Part shown: positions 52,960 through 64,000 of the stretch, one piece after another
Layout of the letters: each line of letters begins with the position of its first letter
Position numbering within the stretch: the stretch's first letter is position 1
The notes under the pieces: model-generated
What the model saw: the letters and a program-made list of their open reading frames with translations, nothing else
Databases searched by the model: none
What the model was told of the DNA's origin: nothing
Program-made: the position numbers and the translations under genes
Source: Azolla caroliniana
Lineage: Eukaryota; Plantae; Polypodiophyta
Assembly (NCBI GenBank): GCA_043228905.1
Contig: JBHGNT010000016.1
Location: forward strand, 6,696,001-6,760,000
Direction: 5' to 3'
Length of the DNA stretch: 64,000 bases

Positions 52960-55900
52960 CAGTGTAGACGTCGTTCCTGTGAAGAAGGTAACAAGAAGAA
53001 TTAGTTGTCAAACAAAAAAGATTCGGTATTGGTTATCTCAAGATCGTTACCCTAGTTCGAGGAATACTTGTGCCAGAAAAGAGATCTAATATCCAGTCTC
53101 CTTCGATAGAAAACATCTCGATCAAGCGCATCATATGTCGTTGAGGTTTTTGATATGGGTTGACAAGTCCCCGTTCTATCGTGGTGACATGTCACAATTT
53201 ACGTGTCACTGTTGGATATACCAACAGATTTGAACCTCCCACTTCATTAGAATGCTCCTTGATTCTTTGTTTCTTAATTTCATCGAAGTAGTCAACAGTG
53301 ATGTATTCAATGGCATTAACGAACCGAAAAGTTGGCCCTCTATTTACATTGGTTTTTATCCTATAAAAAATAATATATCGAGTTAAGAATAGATTGAACA
53401 ACCTTAAGAAATGCAATATAGTGAATGACACCTATAAATAATCCTTACCATGCAAGGTTCTCGATGCCATGGCAACGAGATCTCAAAGCTTGAGCTATCG
53501 AGTACCCTTGGTCCATACTATGAAAGACAACTATTCGCCACAAGGATGCAATCATTAGCTCAGCGAAATCCTTGACCATCTTCTCCAACTGTTTAAACCT
53601 AAACGGTTCATCGTCGTATGATGAACCAACCATTCAAAATCCATAAGGAATATCCGCAATCATTAGCGTATATTCCTTCTTTGGCACTTTTTGGATCAAG
53701 TCGACGACATCGCCGCAAACCACATTGTAGTAAAGATCTCTCGTAATATCTTTTTTGTGGCTAAATTTTTTAAAGGAGCCATCTTCCTCCATTTCGTACG
53801 CCTTGACTAAGCGACGATCCTTTTCTTTTCTGGCTCGCTCGAGATGTGCAAGGAAGGATGTAGGGAAATCGTGTATATCCTTAACTTCTCCTTGTTTCTT
53901 GCCACAACACGGTTTCTAATAGAAGCAATAGGACATCAAGTATTATTATACAAGCTCTACATATGATGAAAGCGTAATGAAAAACCACCAATACTAACCC
54001 AATCCTTGAATGCAATAAAATACTCCGATAACGCCTTATATGAAGACGTTAGAGGATAATCCTCGGTCACTTGTTCCCAAGTTATACATCCAAGTTGTTT
54101 CATCATAGCTTCTTGGATCTTCATGTACACCTTATGACTGTAAAATTAGAAATTAAGATTAGAACTTTGAATTACACCATATAGACTTCAATATCAGTAT
54201 TTGAAAGACTTACTTATTGAACTCAGTGACCATTTCTTCAAGGCTTAAATCTTTCGCCACAACCCTTGACAAAACAGACACAAGAAGTTGCTCGTCCTTA
54301 ATACCTTGCATCGCTCTCCATAGAGACAGCTTCATGTCGTCAGCCGCTTCTTCAATTGTCAAGTCAATTTTCTTGGCCGCTTGTGACTTTAACTCTAGTT
54401 GAGGGTCAACCTTACATTTCTTTTGTCGTTGACCCTTTACCTCCTTATTCTCCCACATTGAGAAGATTTGATCCTGTAGGTCCCATACTTCTCCATCTCT
54501 AAAGGCCAGTTGAAACCAAGACTCATATTTTCGAAGACCATCGGACTTAACATTGTCATCTACCACAATACCGACTTCATGCACACATTGACGTCGTAGA
54601 CCTGGATGTAGCTTCACACCAAACTTTTGTTTCACGTCCAAATACTCGTGGTGGAAGAACCTTATACGCTCAATCGATGACATTTTCTGCCTATAGTCAT
54701 TATCATTATTATGATCCCATGCCAACAGTTTTGCCTCTTTAGTTGTGAGCCCCACGTAAATTTTGCACTCGGCATACTTGAAGAAGAAAGTCGTTGGATG
54801 CTCTCTCACAAGTTGCCGACATGCCTCCGCTGAATGCGATCCACCAATGACAAAGTAATTATATTGATCATGCTTTCTAATATCAAAATCTTCAATGGTT
54901 TCACATTCTTCAGGATCTACCATAACAATAAAAGGCACCACAGTGGCATGAGGATTAATTTTCATTTTTTTCTTGAGATTTTGAACATGCATGCATTGTG
55001 GCTCTCTAATCTCAAGTGGTCTTCGTCCTGTTTTTTCATCAATAGGGGGCCGATGGATGTGTGTTATAGGCAAATTAAACACTTGCCCTTTCCTGACCAG
55101 TTTACGCTGCATTAACTCTCTCCTTATCTTATTCTGCTCAGATGACAACACACTCAATGCCAGCTCAGCTCCTGGCGTCCCCTTAGTGTCCTCCTCTTCG
55201 TTTTCACTTGATGAATCGGAGTCCCACATTTTGGTTGTCTTCTTCTTTGGTGGTCTTGATTGTACTTTAGATACCCTTTTTGTGGCCTTCACTAGGGAGG
55301 GCACTTCCTCCCTTAGAGTTACATGGCCTTGTATATAAGGCCTCAAGGTAATAATAAGGTTTTGTGAGCTTTCAAGATCTTTTTTGAACGCTTCTGGACC
55401 ACAAGATTTCTTTACTAGAAGATCTTCTGAAAGGAACACTTTGCGTACCCCCTTAGAGCACTCTATCATTACAAGTATGTTGGCCGAATCTGCATCTTCG
55501 TAGTCAAATCGTAGAATACAGCCATACATAAATGGGGTTTCCTTTCCAAGCTGCCCCTCCCCCTTCTTCTTTGTTGTATACAATACGACTTTTTTCTTTG
55601 AGTCAACGTATTGCATACACCATTCCTTGTCTGTTAGATCACGGTTAGGAAGGTCTTCACCTCTAGTAGCTACTACAAGTTTCTTTTGGCTAACCTCAAT
55701 GTGTGCTTGAGATTTTGACTCCTCGTTGAAGAGAAGCTTTTTTCCTCTCTTCATGGACTCGGGAGCTACTAGGGTCTGTGATTCAATTGGAGAACCCTGT
55801 ATGTGGGGCTTTATCTTCTTCACAAGTCGGTCTGACAAGTTCTCAAACGACCTATTTAAGAAAGGACATGCGAAAACATAAGTTAGGTGGTCACGTAGAT

Positions 55901-57147
55901 TAAGGTTGGATATTAAAATACAAATAAGTAGATGAAGAAATAAACTAGCAGCTGATGTGTGGTGAACTATAAATATCAATCATGCATTCAGTGTACATGG
56001 TTGCCCTATATTCAGAAATCTATTCTAGTAAGGGCTATTCAACATCAAAAATATATATTGTAATAAATATACAAGGTTATATATTGTCTTGAAGGGCAGG
56101 TATGACTTATATTGATTCCATAACCATATTGTAGATAATTTGCATATGATAGACTTGAATTTGGTATCATAAAGGTAATTTGTGGGTTATTTTCTACTCT
56201 TTTAAGCTATAGTAGGTCATAAAACCCCTATAATAAAAGCCCCTTTTTTTAAAAAAATAAGGCAAGTCGACACAAAAAAGACTGATTTTGACAGACAATT
56301 TGATATCTTTTATCACAATACTAAATTGTTGCCCCAAAAACACAATATTCCTCTTTCAGGGTCTTCTTTTATACAGGAACACGATACGCCGTATTGTGTT
56401 CCTGTATAAAGTTTGTGTCTGTACATGAAATCGATGCAGGGTATCGAGTTCGTGTATCAAACACATACTTTACACAGGAACTCGTTACAGTGTATCGAGT
56501 TCCTGTATAAAAAAGAGTTACATAACACGAACTCGATATGTGTATCGAGTTCCTGTATAATATTTGTGTTTTAGACAGGAGCTCGATACGCTGTATCGAT
56601 TTCCTGTATAAAACATAAATATTGTACAGGAACTCGATACGGCGTAGCGAGTTCTTGTTTAAAACGCAAACATAATTCAGGAACTCGATACGCCGTATCG
56701 AGTTCTTGTATTAAACACAAATATTATACAGGAAATCAATACCGGGTATCGAGTTCCTGTTTAAAAAGCAAAGAGAATAGAGGAACTCGATACGGCGTAT
56801 CGAGTTCCTATTTAAAACCTAAACTATAAACAGGAACTCGTTACGCCATATCGAGTTCCTGTTTAAAAAGCAAAGAAAACCGAGGAACTCGATACGACGT
56901 ATCGAGTTCCTGTATAAAACCTAAACTTCAAACAGAAACTCGATACGTCGTATTGAGTTCCTATACAAAGTTTGTATTTTATACAGGAACTCGATACGTC
57001 GTATTGAGTTCTTGTATAAAGTTTGTATTTTATACAGGAACTCGATATGGCGTATCGAGTTCTTGAGTGACGAAACATATTTACAAAAATGTCCACAGTG
57101 TCAGAGCCCTACCTGGAGTCCTGGCGCTCGATTTTCTTTGAAGACAT
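52960..57147 (-). pseudogene. Spliced ParB/Srx-like domain plus beta-class N6A/N4C DNA methyltransferase fusion gene. Exons 57147-57113, 55851-54214, 54137-53999, 53915-53449, 53360-53068 and 52976 onward (3' end unresolved).
   Basis: All five GT-AG introns preserve frame. ParB-like core VVPFIVMV..YFVIGGSHSAEA..CKIYVGLTTKEAKLLAWDHN. MTase motifs NVVCGDVVDLI..TLMIADIPYG, WIKTN..FVNAIEYI, NPYQKPQRHMMRLIEMFSIEGDWILDLFSGT. Two premature TGA codons (53636-34 and 53194-92). Confidence 0.88.
56371..57065. repeat. Array of 14 palindromic units with ~51-bp period, inside intron 1 of the ParB-MTase gene
   Basis: Consensus ACAGGAACTCGATAC-NNN-GTATCGAGTTCCTGT separated by ~18-bp A/T-rich linkers. Confidence 0.95.
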
Positions 57148-57274
57148 GGTTGATCTTGTCGAAGTGGAGGCGGAGATCGCGCTTTCGTGCTTCGTGCTCT
57201 GTGTGCTCTGTTCGCTCTGTGTGCTCTTGTATGCTCTTGTGAGCTCTTGTGAGTGAAATATGACAAGGTCTTCC

Positions 57275-57283
57275 TATTTATAG
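57275..57283 (-). promoter_or_regulatory. Candidate TATA box of the ParB-MTase gene
   Basis: CTATAAATA on the minus strand, ~130 bp upstream of the predicted ATG at 57147. Confidence 0.5.
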
Positions 57284-57920
57284 GGATTGACCACAGTGGT
57301 TAAAGTAACCACAGTCACCTTAACCAGGGTTGGTAAGCTTGAGGTTAGTTAGTTAGTAACCACAGTCACATTAACCAGAGTAACTTATGATTGCATTAAT
57401 GATTACAAAGTCAAACTAACATATTGATGAATCTTTTATAGTCATAATAACTTACAATGACTTTGAAGGTCATGAAGGACACAATGATAGAGGTTCATGA
57501 ATGAACCAATGATTGATTACTAAAAGCAACATTTTTATGATTCTTAATTGCTATGTATTAAAGATGTGGGCATGAATGAACCAATGACTGAGAAGTTCTA
57601 TATCAAATATGGGTGCCATTAATTCGCCAATGATTTTAACTTTAATCCAACATATTTATGGCTTGGTAATGATTGTAATTATATTATACTTGATTTAACT
57701 TCATATAGACCTAGTTTAAGTAATTATTGATATTTTAAATACAATTACTATATTAAAAATAATATTTTTTATGTATTGTATTAATATAATATTAAATAAT
57801 ATAGACATTATATTGAGGGAGCTTTTGTTTAGAGAGGAGTATATGTTTCGAGAGGAGCTTATTAGTTTTTTGCCTTAGCCTAAGCACATAACTTAAAGAG
57901 CCCTATCTAGACCTTAAGCC

Positions 57921-60664
57921 ATGAGTGACGATTCACCGTTCTCGATTGAAGAATATTGTTGTTCATCAGACTCATCGTTTTCTACCGAAGAGTATTATTT
58001 GTCGACAGACTCACCATATTCTATTGAAGAATATTGTCTGAGCTCATCTTCACCTACAGGGAATGTAAATAATGACACATGTGAAGAGTTCTCTATTGAA
58101 GAATACGATATTAATAAAGATACAGAGAATGAAGGTAGTGCCAATGAAACATCGAATAACATTGGTGATGGTCACAACAAAGAATTAGATTGTAACAAGG
58201 TTACACCAACCTCTATGTAGGAAGAGAAATCTGGAAGCCCTATGCATATTAGAAGAATCTCACGAAGAATTCGTCTGGCTAGATTTAGCTTGGTGACATC
58301 AGATAAACAGATTGGATTTGATATCAAAAAAATATGTTGTGCCCGTGGTTGTATGTCTATGATTGGAAAATCAAAGTTGCGAGAATTAAGGCGATACTAT
58401 TTTTCGATGACTGGTGATGAGCAAGACACTTACCTCGGGTCACATATGCAACTAGTATCTGACAAATGTATGGGGATCAAAGTATCATTCGAGTATTATA
58501 TCTTCCATGCGCAACAGATATGTAGAGTTGCATTCAAAATTGCGTTATGTGTTAGTAACATGCGGCTACATAGAGTACAACAACGTCTACTTAGTGGGGA
58601 TTAGATGCTCAATTGTAAAGAGGTTCCAAGTATGAAAGGTGCAATTGGAAGACATGCTATTGGTTGGATGAAAAGTTGCTTTCAGTTAAATTGTGAAGTA
58701 ATGCCCACTACAGGTAGGATGCACATTTTTGATAATTATACTCGTCGGGAAGTTTATGATGTCTATCAATCTGATATGGTGGGCTCATGTAATAAGTCTG
58801 TCACATATAGCCAATTTACAAGATTATGGAGAGCTCGGTTTTCAAATGTTATCATTCCACGTAGTACGCATGGGGTATTGCTCCATTTGTGCAAATCTTA
58901 AAAGTTTGGCTAAAGGTGCAAAGACATCAATGGAAAAGGATGAGTAAGAAGTTACTACAAGAGCATCGTGAGGCACAATCGTTAGAACGAAAGAAGGTGA
59001 TGCATCATAAAGAGAAGTGTTTGAAGAGGCCCGAACAATACATGTGCTTAATGATAGATGGCATGGACCAGAAGAAGACGTGCTTGCCGCATATGCGGAG
59101 GCTCCCCAAAGATGTCAATGATGAGTGCCTTGTTCAAATGCACTTGGTGGGATGCTTGGCTTATAATAGGTTTGTTGGACCTCACATCTTCATTACATAC
59201 CCCAATGTTCACAATGACCCTAACCTAACAGTTACAGTGATTCACCGAGTTTTTATGTCTTGGGGCCAACCTTTCCCCCCTGTTCTATACATTCAATTGG
59301 ACAATACTGCTAAAGAGAACAAAAATTCAACTGTATTTGGCTATCTAAGTATGTTGGTCAACCAATGATTGTTTAGGAAAGTGAAAGTCAATTTTCTTTT
59401 GGTTGGCCACACACATGACCATATAGATCAGATGTTTAGCACATTCTCTAGACAGTTGTCTTGGCATGATGCGTTCACTTTACCTAAACTATTTGATGTC
59501 ATTTGTGATGCATATACACCACGCCCAAAAGTGTTACACTTGAAGGAGGTATATGACTTTAAGATATATATATCATATGGGGGTGGTGGGAATGTTAAAG
59601 TGCTTGCCCAGTTAAACAATATAAGTTTCAATCACATTTTTATGATAAAGAAAAATGAAATAAGTGGTTCTACACTTTTGTATGCTAAACAATATTCATC
59701 TTCTACCACATGGGAACCTGAAGGTGGTTACCAGTTATTACTTTGTATGCCGAGTACAATTGTCCATGAAGCTAAGCAAATGCCAATTGAGAAGAAAGGA
59801 CAGTTGCAGAGTGTCTCGGTATCGGAACAAAAACGGTCATGGTTCCAAGCCTTAGAAGAAAAAAGAAAGCATATTGAGGCCGCCAAGACATATGTCGCAC
59901 AACAAGACACGTCATGGTGGGATGTATTTTATAGTGATCAAAAAGGAATTATAGACAATTGTGTATTTGGTGATAATTGGAATTTGGAAACGCCATTCAC
60001 ATGGTTGCCGCAACATGATCGTGTAAATAGAACTCCAAAGCAACCACCAAATGCGATTAATGACAACTTGGTCCATCCACAACAAAGAGACATTTATGTG
60101 GGACCAAGGATGACCAAAGCAATCGAAGCTAGATGGCAAGGCAATTTGCAAGAGCTCACGGCAGGGATGTTGATTGCAATGCCGGCTGATGAGAACTCAC
60201 ATGGCCACCAATTTTGGGTGGGTAAAATTCTAGAAGTGCTAATGCATGAAATAGAAAACACGATCAAGTCTATAAACATTCATTGGTACAACACTAGAAG
60301 TGCAAATGCTTTTACAGGTAAGTATACATTGGAGATGATTGAATGCCCAACAAGAAGGGGAGGTAGGAAGAGGAAGCGAAACATTCGTAACACATCGACC
60401 CTTGATATCTTTGATGTGGATATCATCATGTACGACTTCACACTTACAAAAGCCGGACGATTAAGGAAGTCAACAATAGATATAATAAAAGAAAAATTAC
60501 TAGGTCTACAAGGTAGCTCGACTCAAAGGCAAACGAGATCTGCTACATATAGTCTAGAGTCAAACCATTTGGTTTATGACGAAGATAATGCACTAATTGG
60601 TACATCCGAGGATGACGAGGAGGAATTGTCATTGTATATTAGTTATAGTAGTGATTCTCCGTAA
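57921..60664 (+). pseudogene. Sola-like DDD transposase of copy 2 (three in-frame stops and frameshifting near 58860-58945)
   Basis: Putative catalytic motifs IDGMDQKKT, QLDNTAKENKN and FLLVGHTHDHIDQMFS. Cys motifs CCARGC, CRVAF and CSIC. Lies within the TIRs. Confidence 0.85.
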
Positions 60665-61032
60665 CGGAGTGATCATGAATGTATTTTTGGTTATTAAGTG
60701 TAACTACATTCCGCTTGTAACAAATCGAGTAATCTAAAAGCATGTGTTTTGAATTCTTATGATTTCTAAAAAATCGTTTCTTATAAAATAACATTGGTTG
60801 TAATGTTTGTGATATAAATTGCGAATGTAATTTTTTGAAATTCCTCATTTTTTAGTTACTTCTAAATCACAAAAATAGTGGATTTTTAACATTTTTCATA
60901 GTATATTTGAGCATGTATGATATTGGTATCAATGTATTTTGTAAAATCATTAAAAAAGTACTAAAATCAACCAAAATATTCCTTGTCCTTCCATTTATGC
61001 GCGATCCTTCCACTTGTGAACGCGAACGTGTT

Positions 61033-61215
61033 TTGAGGAAACTATATATTTCATGGCCAACCACTACATCGAGAACTCCATATGTGAAAGGTAACGGAAA
61101 TGCATCTATCACCGTTGTCATGAAGAAAACCGGCCTTGGGCAGAATCGGTGAAAAAGGTGTAGGAACCAGCCTCATGGGTCATATGAAGATATTCAAGGC
61201 GAAACGGACTTAGCA
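61033..61215 (-). mobile_element. Upstream part of the Gypsy RT split by the transposon
   Basis: DAFPLPFTYGVLDVVVGHEIYSFL. Confidence 0.8.
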
Positions 61216-64000
61216 CCCAGGGCACAGGCAACCTTCATTTTGAAATGGAGTGGAGTGTCGATGCTACGATTGCAAGGCGGCAATATGCAATGGTGTTATC
61301 TCTGCCGAAACGGCTCTTCCCACCGAGGACTCCCCCCCATGCGACATCCCCCCATTGTCCCTAGATTGTAGAAGGATCACTCTAGGCTTCACATTTTTAG
61401 AGTTAATTGAAGTCACAGAGCTCTATATGAAGTCTAGCACTTGTACATATGATACCTCGTGTATTTCTTCCAAACTATTGGGTAGGTTTATTTTTGGGGA
61501 AAAAAATCATCAAATTGAATTTTTAAATTACTATCTTAGAAGGCAATGCTTTAACACTGTGCTTTAATGTATAGTGTCAATTTGATTTGCAACTCATAAG
61601 ATGTCTTAAAGAAAAATGATTTTACATTGTGTTTTAACACATATAGTCTTGCGTCTTTAAAGTTCATAAAATCCCTTTAAATTAAAACATATATTCTACT
61701 ATTTTCTCTCTTAACTCTACAACATTAAGTTTGGAGAGACCATAGAAACATTAAGAGATACACCTAATAGTTTTCTTGGTTCAACATAATTCACTAAAAT
61801 AGGTATTTCAAGATGGTCTTGTTATTAATCCAAAGCATTCTTTAACTTAATCCAGAAACAAGACTGACATTTGATGCATCATTGAGTTCAATAATGAGAA
61901 ATGGGACAATGTTTGATGCATCAGTGACTTCAATAACGAAGGTAGTGTTAGAAGAGTTCTGTCATTGTTGCTCACTAGCTCAATATCAGCCAATTAACAA
62001 TATGAAGTTGCACTTGTTAAATCATTTGTTTGGGGTTGCACTTGTTAAATAATTTATTTGGCATTTTAATTTTAATAGAAAAGAACTATGTAACCCTCAA
62101 TGTTAATAATATTCTTCACTAATATTCATGTAATTATAGCCTCAACTTTGACCAAGCATATATATGTACATATGTCACTTGAAAAAGAAACTGTTTTTTA
62201 TTTCTTATGCATGTAAGCATTTTTTAGTATTTCTTGTAACTATAATCTAGAACATGATAAAAAAATAAAAAAATATTTTTTTTTATTTTATTTTTTTTGG
62301 GGGGGGGATCTATAATCTAGAATACACTTGTTCATAGTACCTTGTTATGTCACAATATATATTCAACAATACCCTATATAATCACTTAATGATGATAGTT
62401 GTAGAGTCTCCTTATGATGCAAATTTGATACAATCGATCTCTTTTGAAATTGTTAGGTCAACTTTGGCCATTTGCAATCATCAATGTGTTTGTTGGCAAT
62501 TTGAGGCTATAGGCATCAACATGATTACTTTAGGAGTTAACTCTCTTCCAAGTTTACCCAAGATCACTTATGTCCTCAGAGATAGTTAATTGAAAAGAAT
62601 TTAGCATACATCTAAATGTACTTGAATGTGTATAATCCATTTGCTTCAACACGGTCTTTGCATCCATTTTAGTGAGAATCGTTGCCTAATTTTAGAAACT
62701 TCACACACAAGATTCCATCAATATTGTGATACAATCGAGAGGGCTTGAACTCACACACTTGCTCCATGCTTTGTGATCAATGTTGTTTTGTTATAGTCAC
62801 CCTCGCTTTTCGAGCAAAGATTCCATGATAGTTTTCTAAAAATCTTGCTTGTCACTTTGACTCCATTTAATAGTTTCCCAAAAAATTTACCTATCAAGTA
62901 TGTGATAGTGTTTTCAAAATCATATATTTCAACGCATGCTATCATGACAATTATAAATGGAATTCAAACAAATTCTCCATCTTTTTCAATGTCTAATTAA
63001 CATTTGATCATTTCAATCTTTCCAAATTTCAAACACACAATTCCATTTCATATCATGAATTTCTAGGTCATCCAATTATGTTAACATACGATCATGCAAA
63101 CACTCTATGTTAAATTTGTTTCTTTACATTCTACATGGAATTTTGCTTAGAGAATCCTTTGTCACAAGCAATGATATTATATGGTATAACCAAAATAGTT
63201 TGCAACAATCACATCAAATTAAGTTGCAAAACATACGCCAAGCCTCGGCCCTCGTGCATAGAATAACCATCACAATTCAAACATAACATATTGATAACGT
63301 CATAGAGTTCCAATTGACAATCCTTTGCATCATGTACTTGTTGAGAGCATGAATTGACATCAATATTTGGTTTTAAGTGAGAAATCAAAATTTCCAACAA
63401 TGTTTTTACGTTGGGATCCCTTACAAGCTACAACATCATCAAGGGTGTAATGGCATGGACTAAATAATTTTGGTACATTAAAGAGGCATGAATTTGGGAA
63501 CCTTGCATTTAGTCAAAGGACAATCTTTCGAACATAATGTTGACATGATTAAATACAACTTTTCATTGATCCATCTATTGGAGCCATCATTCCTTTAGGT
63601 TTGGAATCATTGTGACTAGTTTTATCCATTGGATTTTTCTCCATACATAAATCATGTCCATGTGTAATGCCCTATCTGTCCCATATTTCCAAATATCTAG
63701 CATGTGAGGTAAGGGAAGAGAGAGGTCAAGGTATTTGACTCGATAGAGTATAACAAGGAAGAGATGTAAGAGAAAAGTAGAGGAACTATTGAGTTTCATG
63801 AGGGGGGAGAATATGGAGTGGGGAATTTTATTTTTTATTGTATAAAAAACATCATATATCATAGACTATCATTTGAATAGTTTTTTATAGTTAAATATAA
63901 AAATTACAAATTGTTATGACAAACTTACAACAATTTGCCTTGTCAAGTTTGATTATTTGAAAAAAAAATCTAGTAAAAACAATTAAAATGACTGATAACT

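Larger units (their letters stand above)
51248..61032. mobile_element. Complete-ended 9,785-bp Sola-like DNA transposon carrying a ParB-DNA-methyltransferase gene
   Basis: 36-bp TIRs at 51248-51283 and 60997-61032 (AACACGTTCGCGTTCACAAGTGGAAGGATYGCGCAT, 1 mismatch). TSD TTGA at 51244-47 and 61033-36. Excision restores the Gypsy RT frame (EIYSFL/NRFNGYN*IRM). Confidence 0.95.

Noticed and set aside
52821-52960. C-terminal continuation of the methyltransferase
   Set aside because: After ..TTS the reading no longer resembles the expected post-motif-I sequence, so the 3' end could not be supported.
55852-55979. N-terminus of the 589-aa ORF (MIFIVHH...)
   Set aside because: It has a non-ATG start and lies upstream of a good acceptor at 55852, so it is interpreted as intron read-through.
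56371-57065. CRISPR array
   Set aside because: The repeats are palindromic, but the linkers are only ~18 bp, A/T-rich and similar to each other. There are no cas genes and the context is a eukaryotic intron.
51248-61032. Bacterial or phage contamination as the source of the ParB-MTase
   Set aside because: The gene has five frame-preserving spliceosomal introns, and the element carries a plant-type solo LTR and sits within a Gypsy RT with a clean TSD.

Overview
Eukaryotic, intron-containing, transposon-dense DNA, most consistent with a non-seed land plant (inference from a tRNA-Trp-primed Gypsy family, plant-type tRNA relics, and GDSL and MAPK fragments). The only apparently intact host genes are two paralogous two-exon MpaB/rubber-oxygenase (DUF2236)-family genes. 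The rest comprises a near-intact LINE, nested Gypsy and Copia LTR elements, solo LTRs, LINE and hAT remnants, and tandem repeats. The standout is a 9,785-bp DNA transposon (51248-61032) with 36-bp TIRs and a 4-bp TTGA TSD. It encodes a Sola-like DDD transposase and, divergently, a spliced gene fusing a ParB/Srx-like domain to a bacterial-type beta-class N6-adenine/N4-cytosine DNA methyltransferase (DIPY ... NPYQKP ... LDLFSGT). The first intron of that gene holds 14 phased 33-bp palindromes. This copy is pseudogenised. A second copy (about 17257-28428) is truncated and lacks the methyltransferase arm. All calls come from manual reading; no database searches were run.
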